In this document: positions 18,671 to 29,398 of the stretch, piece by piece
Position numbering within the stretch: the stretch's first letter is position 1
Layout of the letters: each line of letters starts with the position of its first letter
Assembly: GCA_963662465.1 (NCBI GenBank)
Contig: OY759599.1
Location: forward strand, 5,472,001 to 5,536,000
Length of the DNA stretch: 64,000 nt
Source: Desulfatiglandales bacterium
GTDB taxonomy: Bacteria; Desulfobacterota; DSM-4660; Desulfatiglandales; Desulfatiglandaceae
Direction: 5' to 3'
Translations under genes and position numbers: made by a program
Notes under the pieces: generated by a model
What the model was told of the DNA's origin: nothing
Seen by the model: only the letters and a program-made list of their open reading frames with translations
The model's database searches: none

Positions 18671-20032
18671 ATGAGCAGACTGTTCGGTACGGACGGCATC
18701 AGGGGTGAGGCCAATCAATACCCCATGGACGGCATGACCGCTTTTCGCGTGGGCCAGGCCATGGCACTCACCCTCAACACCGAAAACCGTCACCCCACCG
18801 TGATGATCGGCAGGGATACCCGGATTTCGGGGGACATGCTTGAAGGTGCACTTTCGGCAGGTATTACCTCCATGGGGGGGGATGTCTGTTCCGTCGGGGT
18901 GTTGCCCACACCCGCCGTTTCCTTTTTCACCACCAGCGCCAAAGCCCATGCGGGAATCGTGATTTCCGCTTCTCACAATCCTTTTCAGGATAACGGCATC
19001 AAAATTTTTGGGGCAAATGGTTTTAAACTTTCAGACCATCAGGAAGAAGCTATTGAAGCCCTGATCCTGAAAGATACGCTTGCCGAATTTACGCCCTTGC
19101 CTGAAAAAATAGGTCGGATTCGACGGCTGGAAAACAGCCTGCAAGAATATGTACTGTTTTTAAAGGGGCATTTCCCCGACAATCTGTCCATGGCGGGCGT
19201 GAAGATCGTTCTGGATACGGCCAACGGGGCGACCTGCGAAGCCGCACCCGCGCTTTTCAGGGCACTTGGCGCGGATGTGACCGTCATTCACCATCACCCG
19301 AACGGCATAAACATCAACAATCGGTGCGGTTCCCAGTACACCGCCGATTTGGAGGCCAGTGTTCTGGAAAACGGCGCTGTCGCCGGGTTTGCTTTTGATG
19401 GAGACGGGGACCGACTCATTGCGGTGGATGAAAACGGGGGAAAGCTCTCCGGCGATCAGATTTTATTGATCTGTGCCGACGCACTCAAGGGAGCGGGCCG
19501 GCTGAAAAACAACCTGGTTGTCAGCACCGTCATGAGCAATCTCGGATTTGCCGGGGCCTGCCGAAAATATGACATTCGTCGTCACGAATCCCAGGTGGGG
19601 GACCGGTATGTGCTGGAGGACATGCAGCGGCTGGGCGCCGTTATCGGGGGAGAAGAATCCGGGCACATTATCCTTTTGAACCACCACGGAACCAGCGACG
19701 GCATTATCACGGCGCTACAGATTCTGGCGGTCATGCTGGAGAAAAACAGGCGCCTTTCCGAACTTTCTCAAATGATGGACGTCTATCCGCAGAAGCTGAT
19801 CAATGTGTCGGTCAGGGAAAAACCCGAAATCGCCACCGTGCCCCGGCTGGCGGAAGCCATCCGGCAGGTTGAATCGGACCTGGGCGACGAAGGACGCGTA
19901 CTAGTTCGTTATTCCGGAACACAGAATTTATGCCGGGTGATGGTGGAGGGCGCCACCATGGCCATTACGGAAAGGTATTGCGAGCAGATTGCCGCGGAGG
20001 TCAGGGAAGCCCTGAAGGGCAGTGAAGAGTGA
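18671..20032 (+). CDS. glmM: Phosphoglucosamine mutase
   Basis: LFGTDGIRG, ISASHNP, FDGDGDR, GGEESGH, VRYSGT. Confidence 0.96.
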   Translation: MSRLFGTDGIRGEANQYPMDGMTAFRVGQAMALTLNTENRHPTVMIGRDTRISGDMLEGALSAGITSMGGDVCSVGVLPTPAVSFFTTSAKAHAGIVISASHNPFQDNGIKIFGANGFKLSDHQEEAIEALILKDTLAEFTPLPEKIGRIRRLENSLQEYVLFLKGHFPDNLSMAGVKIVLDTANGATCEAAPALFRALGADVTVIHHHPNGININNRCGSQYTADLEASVLENGAVAGFAFDGDGDRLIAVDENGGKLSGDQILLICADALKGAGRLKNNLVVSTVMSNLGFAGACRKYDIRRHESQVGDRYVLEDMQRLGAVIGGEESGHIILLNHHGTSDGIITALQILAVMLEKNRRLSELSQMMDVYPQKLINVSVREKPEIATVPRLAEAIRQVESDLGDEGRVLVRYSGTQNLCRVMVEGATMAITERYCEQIAAEVREALKGSEE

Positions 20033-20064
20033 AGAGTGAAGAGTGAAGAGTGAAAAGTGACAAG
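20021..20064 (+). repeat. Heptamer tandem repeat (AGTGAAG)n
   Basis: agtgaag x4 then agtgaaa, agtgaca; related arrays at ~12345-12377, ~18635-18655 and ~26971-27002. Confidence 0.9.
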
Positions 20065-20093
20065 TTCGTTGATCACCCTTCACCTTTCACTTG

Positions 20094-20351
20094 TCACTCC
20101 TGACTCAAAAACAGTTCCTTCATTTTATCCGCTACTTCCTCAAGGATTTCATCAAGCCAAAGCACGTCATCAATGGTGAGTCGACCGGCCTTGGTGGAAC
20201 TCTTTTTCCCATCCTTCCGTGTGTATGCTCTGGGGCCGATCTGTAATTTCGGATCCCCATCCCCATACCGGTTGATTGAAACCATGAGTCCTGTTTCTTC
20301 GTTTTCCCAGGAAGCCAGCGCCACATCCTTGCTTGCATCATAAGCCATCAT
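20094..20351 (-). CDS. Small hypothetical protein
   Basis: 85 aa with AAGGA RBS; YGDGDPKLQI..GRL..D suggests a PC4-like fold (weak). Confidence 0.75.
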   Translation of the reverse strand: MMAYDASKDVALASWENEETGLMVSINRYGDGDPKLQIGPRAYTRKDGKKSSTKAGRLTIDDVLWLDEILEEVADKMKELFLSQE

Positions 20352-20476
20352 TTATCCTTTCATGTTTTTTAGCGTTTGGTCGAAATGGGCTGGAGGACGA
20401 CCCCAACCGTTCAAAGGGAGTGAATATAAGAGAAAGGCATATCCATGGCAAGTGAAAAAACCGTGATGAAGGGATG

Positions 20477-21397
20477 TTAAGGCGCCAATTCATTTGCAGC
20501 GACCGTTATGCGTTCAAATAATTCCCGGTCCGCCTTCCGTCGATGGATAATTCGAACGAATGGTCCCAGTGGGCCCCACTGAACCGGGTCCGTTTGTTTA
20601 AAAAGGGCCAGCGTGGGGGTTCCCATCAGTCCTGACAGGTGGGTGATGCCGCTGTCGTGTCCCAGATAAAGAGCGGCCGATCCCAGAATATCCATCAGCA
20701 TTTCTTTTTCAGGACAAAAAAGGATTTCCAAACGGGGAACCGCATCTGCATGGTTTTTGAAAAAGGCTTGCAGTCGGTCCTCGGCGGGCCCCAGCAAAAG
20801 GGTAGGTCTTAAATGAGCAAACCTGCTCATTTCCTGAAACCGGCTCAGGATTGTCATCCAGAAATCGGGGGGGTGATTTTTGTTTGCCCCCCCCGACCCG
20901 GGATGAAAAACGATTCCGTCCCGTTTTTTTGAGGTCCATGGGCCGGAAAGGAGAGGGCTCTTGCTTGCATTTTTTATGGCCCTGTCACCACTTGTGGGCA
21001 GCCCCGTGGATTGCAGACACTCCGCCAGATACCGGGCCACATGAATCATTTTCCCCTTGGGCGGGAAGGCCGGAAAAACCGATACCGGGGCATTGGGGAA
21101 AGAAAATTCCAGGTTTTCCCTTATGATTCCCTCTTTGTCCTTGAAAAACGCCACAACCTGGTCCGCTTTCGAAACAGGAAGCGATAAACGTCCGGAAACG
21201 GGGAGTTGGTCCGCAAACAGCCGATGCCACCCGGTGGTTTCCAGATCCATGGTGCGGCAAACCGCATCGCCCACATAGCGCAGCCCCGGTTGTCTTCCCA
21301 CAAAGTCGACAGAAGTTTTGCTCCTAAGCGCTGTTAAGGCAGGGAGCATCAAAAGGGTATCGCCCAGGGCGCCGGGCCGAATAATCAGGACCTTCAA
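20477..21397 (-). CDS. Glycosyltransferase family 9 (heptosyltransferase-like)
   Basis: IRPGALGD, HPGSGG..K, GHDSGITHL..GTPTLALF. Confidence 0.92.
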   Translation of the reverse strand: MKVLIIRPGALGDTLLMLPALTALRSKTSVDFVGRQPGLRYVGDAVCRTMDLETTGWHRLFADQLPVSGRLSLPVSKADQVVAFFKDKEGIIRENLEFSFPNAPVSVFPAFPPKGKMIHVARYLAECLQSTGLPTSGDRAIKNASKSPLLSGPWTSKKRDGIVFHPGSGGANKNHPPDFWMTILSRFQEMSRFAHLRPTLLLGPAEDRLQAFFKNHADAVPRLEILFCPEKEMLMDILGSAALYLGHDSGITHLSGLMGTPTLALFKQTDPVQWGPLGPFVRIIHRRKADRELFERITVAANELAP

Positions 21398-21410
21398 TGG
21401 CGCCGACCCG

Positions 21411-21752
21411 CTACCAGGCCGGGGAGGCCACCACCAGAACCACGCATTGCTCTTCCCCCGTATTCAGCAGGGCATGGCTGTCCCCCACGGGAATCCAAAT
21501 GGCGTCTCCCGGTTTTACGGACCGGGTTTCGTTTCCCACGGTCATCTCTCCCGTCCCGTTGGCAATGAAGTAGATCTCCTCCATGGGGTCCACATGAGCC
21601 TCTATTTTCTTGCCCGGATCCAGTCTGGCAATGGCCAGAAAACCGATCTCTTTCAGGTTTCGCCGGTCCAGAATCATCTGAGCGATGGCGCCCCCGTGGG
21701 CCAGATAGGTGGTATCCAGAACTTCCTTGTCGCTGATATTTCTTACTAGCAT
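21411..21752 (-). CDS. Cupin domain protein
   Basis: H..PMEEIYFI..G.G, VKPGDAIWIP.G..H.L.N. Confidence 0.9.
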   Translation of the reverse strand: MLVRNISDKEVLDTTYLAHGGAIAQMILDRRNLKEIGFLAIARLDPGKKIEAHVDPMEEIYFIANGTGEMTVGNETRSVKPGDAIWIPVGDSHALLNTGEEQCVVLVVASPAW

Positions 21753-21851
21753 ATGATTAACCTTATTGACTTTTCAGTTGCATTCAGTAAAAATTCCGAA
21801 ACTAATTCTTTTATCATGGAGTCTTATAAACGAAATTTTGGAGGATGCCAA

Positions 21852-23156
21852 ATGGAAAAAGGAAAATTGGATCCCCGGTTGAAATTGATCCAACAGGCGG
21901 ATATAAAGGATAAGGTGGTTTTGTTGCGGGTCGATCATAATGTGGTCAAAAAGGGCATGATCAAGGATCCGTACCGTATCGACGCCACCATCGGAACACT
22001 TTATGCCATCGCCGCGGCGGGGGGGAAACCGATTCTCATGAGCCATGTGGGCCGTCCCAGAGACAAAAAAACCGGTATGATTTCATGCCGGGAAGAACAA
22101 TCCGTGCTGCCTATCGTACGTTATCTGGAACAGAAACTGCCCGTTAAAATCCATGCCCAGGAATTTCCCGTGGATCCCGAGAAAGGGATTACCCACATTG
22201 ACGATTCCATAAAATCGACCCTTAAAGCCTTGCGGCAGGGAGAGATCGGCATGATCTATCTCCCCAATTCACGGTGGTTTGCGGGAGAACAGAGCAAGGG
22301 ACCCGAAAGAGATACCTTTTCAGCGGAGCTGGCGTCCATTGCGGATGTTTACGTGAATGACGCCTTCGGATCCTGGGGTGTGGCGGCATCCACATACGAT
22401 GTGGCCACGCGTCTTCCATCCTTTGCGGGCAACCTGCTGCAAAAGGAAATCGCCAATCTGTATCGGGTTCTGGAACCCGAAAGACCCTTTGTGGGGGTGG
22501 TGGCCGGCGCCAAATACGACACCAAAATCGGCCCTCTCAAGGCCCTTTACGACAAAGTGGATTACCTGATCCTGGGTGGACTCATGTATAACACCTTCCT
22601 CTCGGCAAAGTATGGGGCTACCATTAACGGTGTTTCCGAGGAGGATAAGGCCCTGGCCATGGAACTGGTTGCGCTGGACCGCGCCAAGGAAAAAATTCTT
22701 GAAATGCCCTATCTGGTGGAGTCGGACAGCGCCGAGAATCGTATAGAAGGTGGGTCTCGCCTTGTGGAAACGGCTCAATTCAAAAAAGGCGCCCATTTAA
22801 AATATATTCTGGATGTCCATGAAAAATCATTTCAAGACCCGCGTATCATGGATATTATTGGGTCTGCCCGAACCATCTTCGTCAATGCGGTGATGGGCCT
22901 GATGCCCCTCTTTTACGAAGGTTCCCGGGCACTTTACCGTCTTATTGATGAAAATGCTGCCGCGACAAAGCTTTATGCGGGGGGCGACACCCTCCAGGAA
23001 CTTCGAAATCTCTGCCCCGGCATTTATATGGCCGGTCTCGATGACCCGAAAACCTATTATTTTACCGGCGGGGGAAGCGTCCTTTCCGCCATTGAACAGG
23101 GAAGCCCCTACAAGATGAAGCCCTTCGAGGTATTGCTCAGGAAGGAAAACCCATGA
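21852..23156 (+). CDS. pgk: Phosphoglycerate kinase (divergent)
   Basis: RVDHNV, MSHVGRP, YVNDAFG, GAK..TKI, GGDT, TGGG; GGAGG RBS. Confidence 0.88.
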   Translation: MEKGKLDPRLKLIQQADIKDKVVLLRVDHNVVKKGMIKDPYRIDATIGTLYAIAAAGGKPILMSHVGRPRDKKTGMISCREEQSVLPIVRYLEQKLPVKIHAQEFPVDPEKGITHIDDSIKSTLKALRQGEIGMIYLPNSRWFAGEQSKGPERDTFSAELASIADVYVNDAFGSWGVAASTYDVATRLPSFAGNLLQKEIANLYRVLEPERPFVGVVAGAKYDTKIGPLKALYDKVDYLILGGLMYNTFLSAKYGATINGVSEEDKALAMELVALDRAKEKILEMPYLVESDSAENRIEGGSRLVETAQFKKGAHLKYILDVHEKSFQDPRIMDIIGSARTIFVNAVMGLMPLFYEGSRALYRLIDENAAATKLYAGGDTLQELRNLCPGIYMAGLDDPKTYYFTGGGSVLSAIEQGSPYKMKPFEVLLRKENP

Positions 23157-23956
23157 TTCCGATCCCCATTTTTGACCCTGTAAAATGGGGAAGATCCATG
23201 CGGGTAGCGGCCTTTATGTCCGGTTCGGGAACCAACATCATGCGGTTGCTGGAACATGAAAAGGCTCTTCAGGCAAGAGACGGACGGTCTCCCTTTGAGA
23301 CGATTTTCATTTTCAGCGACCGGTCCGACGGCAATTCCGCCGGCGAAAAAATTGCGCTTGAAAATGGCTTGCCCTATTTTAGTTATGATATTAGAGCCTT
23401 TCACTCCTTGAGGTCCCTTGATCGGACGGTTGAAAATGAGGAAGGGCTTGCGGCAAGGCGGGAATACGACCGTGTGGCCGAAAAGCTGGTGAAGGCATTT
23501 GATATTGATGTCATCGCCCTGGGCGGTTATATGAGCTATACGACCCTCGGCCCGTGTGTGAATGTGCATCCGGCGGATCTTTCCATTCTTGGGGAAGACG
23601 GTCGCCGAAAGTATGTGGGTGATCATGCCGTGCGGGACGCCATTTCCGCCGGAGAGCGGGTGCTGCACGCCTCCACCCTGTGGACGGACGACGGGGTGGA
23701 TACGGGCCCCCTGCTCATGGTTTCGGACCCGCTTCCCGTTGTGCTTCCGGAACCCCTGGAAGATTTTAAAAGACACCCCGAAAAATTTGCCCATGCGGTA
23801 GACGATCACCAGGAACAACTTAAGGAAGTGGGGGACTGGAAAATATTCCCCCGCACTATTGAACTCATCGCCCAGGGACGCTTTGCCTTTGACGCCCGGG
23901 GACGGGTCCACCTGGATGATTCGCCCGTACCCCGGGGGTTTCGGGAAAAAACTTAA
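23153..23956 (+). CDS. Formyltransferase, PurN-like
   Basis: FMSGSGTN, LGGYMS, NVHPAD, D.GVDTGP. Confidence 0.85.
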   Translation: MIPIPIFDPVKWGRSMRVAAFMSGSGTNIMRLLEHEKALQARDGRSPFETIFIFSDRSDGNSAGEKIALENGLPYFSYDIRAFHSLRSLDRTVENEEGLAARREYDRVAEKLVKAFDIDVIALGGYMSYTTLGPCVNVHPADLSILGEDGRRKYVGDHAVRDAISAGERVLHASTLWTDDGVDTGPLLMVSDPLPVVLPEPLEDFKRHPEKFAHAVDDHQEQLKEVGDWKIFPRTIELIAQGRFAFDARGRVHLDDSPVPRGFREKT

Positions 23957-24017
23957 ATCCTAAAACTTAAAACGTAAAACTTTCAAAACCGCGGCTTGCC
24001 GCTCAGGAGGCGTTGTC

Positions 24018-24467
24018 ATGACCGAATTGGTCCTATGGATGGATAAGGAAATCAACAAGATGAGACAGGATATGGATCGTCTCTTCAGGGAATCATGGCC
24101 CGGCATCGGTGTCGGCCTGTTCCAGGAAAAGGTTTCTCAGCATATTTTCGTTGAAACCTTCATGACTGAACAGGCCTTCATCATTCGTGCGGTGCTTCCC
24201 GGGGTGGATCCCAAGAGTCTGGATATATCGGTCACGGACTACCGGTTGACCATCAAAGGCTGCAAGAAAGAGGAATCCGAAGATAATGACGGGTACTGCA
24301 AACAGATGGAACGAAAACTCAGATCTTTTTCCCGTTCGGTGCCCCTCCCCTTCAAGGTCGCTCCCGAAGAAATCAAAGCGACCCTGAATTTGGATGTCCT
24401 CAACATTCATATTCCCCTACAGGACCCGAAAAAAAAGCGCTGCGTCAAAATTGAGATCGCCCAATGA
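24018..24467 (+). CDS. Hsp20/alpha-crystallin small heat shock protein
   Basis: LPGV.PK.LDISV..LTIKG, ER...FSRSVPLP. Confidence 0.9.
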   Translation: MTELVLWMDKEINKMRQDMDRLFRESWPGIGVGLFQEKVSQHIFVETFMTEQAFIIRAVLPGVDPKSLDISVTDYRLTIKGCKKEESEDNDGYCKQMERKLRSFSRSVPLPFKVAPEEIKATLNLDVLNIHIPLQDPKKKRCVKIEIAQ

Positions 24468-24496
24468 TAAACTGAAATCACAAAGGAGATTAATCC

Positions 24497-26974
24497 ATGC
24501 CCAAAAAGACTTCTTATGCGGAAGTACCCCTTGATAAACTCCGATGGAGACTTGATCCCGCCACCCTGCCCTTTGAAAGTACCGATGATCTGGAACCGCT
24601 CAATGAAATCGTGGGTCAAAAACGGGCCATTGAAGCTTTCAAATTCGGAATGGGCATCGACAGTCAGGGTTACAATGTGTTTGTCACCGGCATGCCCGGC
24701 ACCGGAAGGATGTCCACGGTTAAGAAGATGCTGGAAGAGATCTCCAAAAAAGAGGGCGTTCCGGATGATCTCTGCTACATCAACAATTTTAAAAATCCCG
24801 AGGCCCCCATATTGCTTCGCCTCAAGGGCGGCGAGGGGGCTGCCTTTAAAAAAGAGTTTCATGACTTTGTGGAATTGCTCAAAAAGCAGATCCCCATGCT
24901 CTTTGAAAGTCAGGAATACATCAACACGAAAAAAGATCTGATGGCAGCCTATGAGGCCAAGGGAAAAGGCTTTTTCAAAAGCCTGGATGAAAAGGTCAAG
25001 GAAGAGGGCTTTGCACTGGTAGATGTTCAAGTTGGCCAGATCAAACGGCCCGAGGTCATGCCCATGGTGGACGGAAACCCCATACACATTGACCAGGTTG
25101 AGGCCATGGTGGAAAAGGGCCGTTTTCCCAGGGATGAATTCGAAACCATGAAGGAAAAGCACACCCAGCTTCGCGAAAGGGTTGAACAGATTTTTATTGG
25201 ATTGCGGGATTTGCAAAAAGAGGTGCAGGAAAAAATCGAAGAAATGGACCGGCAGGCCTTTCTCCACAATGCGTCGGATATGGCAAAACCCCTCCTTGAA
25301 AAGTATAACAGCGGAAAAATCAAAACTTATCTGAAAAGCATGCTGGAAGACATGGCGGACAACCTGCAGATTTTCAATCCGCAACAACAGCCTCAAATTC
25401 CGGGTTTAATGGCCCCGATGCCTTCCGATGGAGATCGTTTTCAACCCTATCAGGTCAATCTGCTGGTGGACAACAGCGAACAGAATGCGCCGCCCGTCAT
25501 TGTTGAGAGCTATCCCACCTACCGCAACATTTTCGGCAGCATCGAACGGATTGTGGATCGGGCCGGCGTCTGGCGTACGGATTTCAGCAAGGTGAAAGCG
25601 GGCTCTCTTCTCAAAGCCCTGGGCGGCTACCTGATCATCAATCTTCTGGATGCCGTCCAGGAACCGGGTGTGTGGCAGGCCCTCAAACGGGCACTCAAAA
25701 GCGAACAGCTTGAAATTCAGACCTACGACCCCTTTTATTTGTTTACCACCAGCGGCCTGAAACCGGAACCCATCGATCTGGATGTCAAGGTTGTGGTCAT
25801 CGGAGACGCCTACCTCTATCACCTGCTGCTCAATTATGACCCTGACATGAAAAAAGTATTTAAGGTGAAAGCCGATTTTGACACCGCCATGGACAAAACC
25901 GAGAAGAGCATCCATCAGATTGCCCGGTTTATCAAGATGAAAACCATGGAGGAGAAGCTTAAACCCTTTGACCGAACGGCGGTGGCGCTCCTGATGGAGC
26001 AGGCCGTTCGCATGACGGGACGGCAGGAGAAAATTTCAACCCGTTTTCCCCAATTAACCGACCTTGTGCGTGAAGCCAATTATGTGGCGTCAGAAGAAAA
26101 CAAGAAAACCGTTGATGCAAGCCATGTGTTAAAGGTACTCGAAAGCCGAAAATTCAGATCCGGCATGGTGGAGGAACACCTTCAGGAGATGATGGACCGC
26201 GGTACCCTCATGATTGATCTTGAAGGCGAAGTGGTGGGTCAGGTGAACGGGCTGGCGGTCTATGCCATGGGCGATTACATGTTCGGCAAACCGAGTCGCA
26301 TTACCTGTTCAACCGCCATGGGTCGTGCCGGCATCATCAACATTGAACGGGAAGCGGACCTGTCGGGCAGCACCCATAACAAGGGGGTGCTGATTCTGGG
26401 AGGATATTTGCGAAAAAAATATGCCCAGAACAAACCCCTGACCATGAGCGCCAGCATCGCATTTGAACAGTCCTATGGCGGCGTGGACGGCGATAGCGCC
26501 TCTTCCACGGAAATCTACGCACTCCTCTCCAGCCTTTCCCAGGTTCCCATCAAACAGTCCATCGGGGTGACGGGTTCGGTAAACCAGAACGGCGAGGTCC
26601 AGGCCATTGGGGGGGTCAATGAAAAAATTGAAGGATTTTTTGACTGCTGCCAAAAAAAGGGGGCCATGGATTCCCAGGGCGTGATGATTCCCGAGAGCAA
26701 TGTGAAGGATCTGATGCTCCGACAAGACGTGGTGGAGGCGGTTGAAAAAGGCCGATTCCATATATATCCGGTGAAAACCATCGATCAGGGCATTGAAATC
26801 CTGACTGGGAAAAAGGGTGGAAAAAGAAAAGCGGACGGATCCTATCCCAAAGGCTCTATCAGTCAACTGGTGGACGATAAACTGAATGAACTGGCAGAGG
26901 GATTGAAGAATTTTGCGGGAGACAAGGAAGAAGGCAAAAAGGAAGAAAGCAAAGGATGCAAGCAGTGTTCGTGA
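24497..26974 (+). CDS. Lon-family (LonB/LonC-type) protease
   Basis: GQ.RA.EA..FG, degenerate Walker A GMPGTGR, GQVNGL, EQSYGGVDGDSAS, IGGVNEK. Confidence 0.92.
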   Translation: MPKKTSYAEVPLDKLRWRLDPATLPFESTDDLEPLNEIVGQKRAIEAFKFGMGIDSQGYNVFVTGMPGTGRMSTVKKMLEEISKKEGVPDDLCYINNFKNPEAPILLRLKGGEGAAFKKEFHDFVELLKKQIPMLFESQEYINTKKDLMAAYEAKGKGFFKSLDEKVKEEGFALVDVQVGQIKRPEVMPMVDGNPIHIDQVEAMVEKGRFPRDEFETMKEKHTQLRERVEQIFIGLRDLQKEVQEKIEEMDRQAFLHNASDMAKPLLEKYNSGKIKTYLKSMLEDMADNLQIFNPQQQPQIPGLMAPMPSDGDRFQPYQVNLLVDNSEQNAPPVIVESYPTYRNIFGSIERIVDRAGVWRTDFSKVKAGSLLKALGGYLIINLLDAVQEPGVWQALKRALKSEQLEIQTYDPFYLFTTSGLKPEPIDLDVKVVVIGDAYLYHLLLNYDPDMKKVFKVKADFDTAMDKTEKSIHQIARFIKMKTMEEKLKPFDRTAVALLMEQAVRMTGRQEKISTRFPQLTDLVREANYVASEENKKTVDASHVLKVLESRKFRSGMVEEHLQEMMDRGTLMIDLEGEVVGQVNGLAVYAMGDYMFGKPSRITCSTAMGRAGIINIEREADLSGSTHNKGVLILGGYLRKKYAQNKPLTMSASIAFEQSYGGVDGDSASSTEIYALLSSLSQVPIKQSIGVTGSVNQNGEVQAIGGVNEKIEGFFDCCQKKGAMDSQGVMIPESNVKDLMLRQDVVEAVEKGRFHIYPVKTIDQGIEILTGKKGGKRKADGSYPKGSISQLVDDKLNELAEGLKNFAGDKEEGKKEESKGCKQCS

Positions 26975-26998
26975 GAAGTGAAAAGTGAAGAGTGAAGA

Positions 26999-27730
26999 GT
27001 GGAAAAAGAAGACTGGCAGAATCGGGGCAAAGGTCACCGGGAGCGGTTGCGACAGCGGTTTGTAACGGGCGGACTTGAGAAATTTACCGATGAGGAGGTG
27101 GTGGAGTTTCTCCTGACCCTGGGAACCCCCAGGGGAGACCTGAAAAATGCCGCACGGGAAGCGATTAAAGCATTTGGATCTCTCTCCGGCGTTTTATCGG
27201 CGCCCATGAAAAAACTCCTGGAGATCAAGGGCATCGGCCAAAAAAACGCCCTTTATCTAGGGTTGGTTCATCAAACGGCCAAACGATATCTTCGGGATCG
27301 AATTGTCGGGAAAACCTTTTTCGGCTCATCCCAGGCGGTATTCGATTATCTTTTTCATTCCTTGCGGGATCTGAAAAGAGAGGTTTTCAAGGTTTTTTTT
27401 CTGACCCGAAAAAACGAAGTTATCACGGATTGCGATATGTTTGAGGGGAGTTTGACGGGGAGTGCGGTATATCCTCGTGAGATCATTACCCTCGCGTTGG
27501 AATATAAGGCGGCGGGGCTTGTGTTTGTTCATAACCACCCATCCGGGGATCCTGCGCCGTCTCCCGAGGACCAACGCCTGACAAAAGACCTGGTATGGGC
27601 CGCCATGTTAATGGGGATACAGGTGCTGGATCACCTGATCATTGGAAATAACCAGTATTTCAGTTTTGCGGACCAAGGCATCATCAAGCGTTTTGCCGAT
27701 GCATATCACCATCGGTTCGATACGACGTAA
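26999..27730 (+). CDS. radC: RadC/JAB domain protein
   Basis: GHRERLR, VYPREI, HNHPSGDP.PS.ED, LDHLIIG. Confidence 0.95.
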   Translation: MEKEDWQNRGKGHRERLRQRFVTGGLEKFTDEEVVEFLLTLGTPRGDLKNAAREAIKAFGSLSGVLSAPMKKLLEIKGIGQKNALYLGLVHQTAKRYLRDRIVGKTFFGSSQAVFDYLFHSLRDLKREVFKVFFLTRKNEVITDCDMFEGSLTGSAVYPREIITLALEYKAAGLVFVHNHPSGDPAPSPEDQRLTKDLVWAAMLMGIQVLDHLIIGNNQYFSFADQGIIKRFADAYHHRFDTT

Positions 27731-27783
27731 ATCCTTGACAATTCCGTATATTTGTGAATTATAGCAATAAATGAATGGAAAAT

Positions 27784-27868
27784 GCGAGAGTGGCGGAACT
27801 GGTAGACGCGCTGGATTTAGGATCCAGTGGGGTGACCTGTAGGGGTTCGAGTCCCCTCTCTCGCACCA
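27784..27868 (+). tRNA. tRNA-Leu(TAG)
   Basis: GCGAGAG..CTGGA-TTTAGGA-TCCAG..GGTTCGAGTCC..CTCTCGCACCA. Confidence 0.97.
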
Positions 27869-28057
27869 TCACCAAAGCGCCGAGCGCTATGACCTGAAAC
27901 AGGACCGAACGTTAAATGTGCCTTGAAATCAAAAAAATCATTGTTAAATTTTCACCTCACGTTGGATGGGTCTTCCAGGTTGTAATAAAAAATCAGGTAA
28001 ATATGCACCCATAGTTTGTCGTGGGATTTCAAAAAGCGAAACAGGAAGAGGAGAACC

Positions 28058-29392
28058 ATGAAAGCCAGCTTGGAAGACATCAGCCAGGTCAAAAAAAAGT
28101 TGTCCGTAGAAATTGATGCAAAAGAAGTGAACCAAAAGCTCAACAGCGCCTACGGAAAGATACGGAAACAGACCAAAATTCCCGGCTTCAGGCCTGGAAA
28201 GGTTCCCAGAAAAATTCTGGAATCCTATTTTGGGAAACAGGTGGAGATTGATGTGGCCAGTGAGCTGGTCAATGAGTCTTTTCCACAGGCCGTAGAAGAA
28301 ACCAAAGCGTTTCCGCTGGGCCAGCCTGAATTGGAGAAGGGACCCGTTAAACAGGACGAAGATTTCATTTACTCGGCAATCATGGAGGTTCGTCCTCAGT
28401 TTGAAGTGAAAGACTACCTGGGTCTCGAAGTTGAAAAGGAAAAGGTGTCCATTGGCGACGATGACGTTCGGAAAAGGCTTGAACAGATCCGGGAAAACCA
28501 TGGGAAGCTTGAGCCCATAACAGAGTCTCGCGCCATAAAGGAAGGGGACTTTGTTGTTGTTGATTATCAGGGATTTGAAAACGACCAGCCCCTGGAAGGA
28601 ATCAAAAGTGAGAATTTTCTCTTGAATGTGGGGAAAAACGATTTTCATGCCAAGTTTGACGAAGCGCTGGTGGGGCTCCATAAGGATGACAAAAAAGAGA
28701 TTGTCATTGATTTCGAGGAAGATTATTTTAATGCCAACCTGAAAGGAAAATCCGTTCGTTTCGAAGTTTCCATTGGCGACGTCAAGGAACGGAACCTTCC
28801 GGAATTAAACGATGAATTTGCTCAAAGCCTCGGCGCCGATTTTACGGATTTAAAAGGCCTTACCGAACAACTCGAAAAGAACCTGGTCAGCCAGGAAGAA
28901 AATCGCGTCGAACAGGAATTGAAGCGGAAATTGCTTGAGAAAATATCTAAAGGGACTGCGTTTGAAGTGCCGCGGGTTTTGGTTGATGCCGAGGTCGATT
29001 TTTCACTCAAGAGCCTTCAGGCAAATTTTGAAAGAAGCGGCGCCAGTTTTGAAAAAGCGGGACTGATGCCGGAAGCCCTGAAACAGCAGTTTCGACCTTC
29101 CTCCGAAAACCGCGTCAGGGAAAGGCTCATCCTGGGACGGATTGCCGAACAGGACAATATTGCCATCAACGATGATGAATTTACGGAAGGCCTTGAAAAA
29201 TTGGCGCAGGGAATGGGGCAAGATGTCGAAACCATTAGGAAATATTACGAAGCACGGGGTGAGACGGATATCTTGAAGGAGCAGATGCTTGAGGAGAAAA
29301 CCTTGAATTACCTGGTGGAAAGCGCCAGCATTACGCAGGTGGAAGCCGGGATGCTGAATCCGGATAAAACCCCTGAAACGGAGGTTCAATAG
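28058..29392 (+). CDS. tig: Trigger factor
   Basis: IPGFRPGKVP; FKBP domain; tig-clpP-clpX-lon synteny. Confidence 0.97.
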   Translation: MKASLEDISQVKKKLSVEIDAKEVNQKLNSAYGKIRKQTKIPGFRPGKVPRKILESYFGKQVEIDVASELVNESFPQAVEETKAFPLGQPELEKGPVKQDEDFIYSAIMEVRPQFEVKDYLGLEVEKEKVSIGDDDVRKRLEQIRENHGKLEPITESRAIKEGDFVVVDYQGFENDQPLEGIKSENFLLNVGKNDFHAKFDEALVGLHKDDKKEIVIDFEEDYFNANLKGKSVRFEVSIGDVKERNLPELNDEFAQSLGADFTDLKGLTEQLEKNLVSQEENRVEQELKRKLLEKISKGTAFEVPRVLVDAEVDFSLKSLQANFERSGASFEKAGLMPEALKQQFRPSSENRVRERLILGRIAEQDNIAINDDEFTEGLEKLAQGMGQDVETIRKYYEARGETDILKEQMLEEKTLNYLVESASITQVEAGMLNPDKTPETEVQ

Positions 29393-29398
29393 ACCCAC

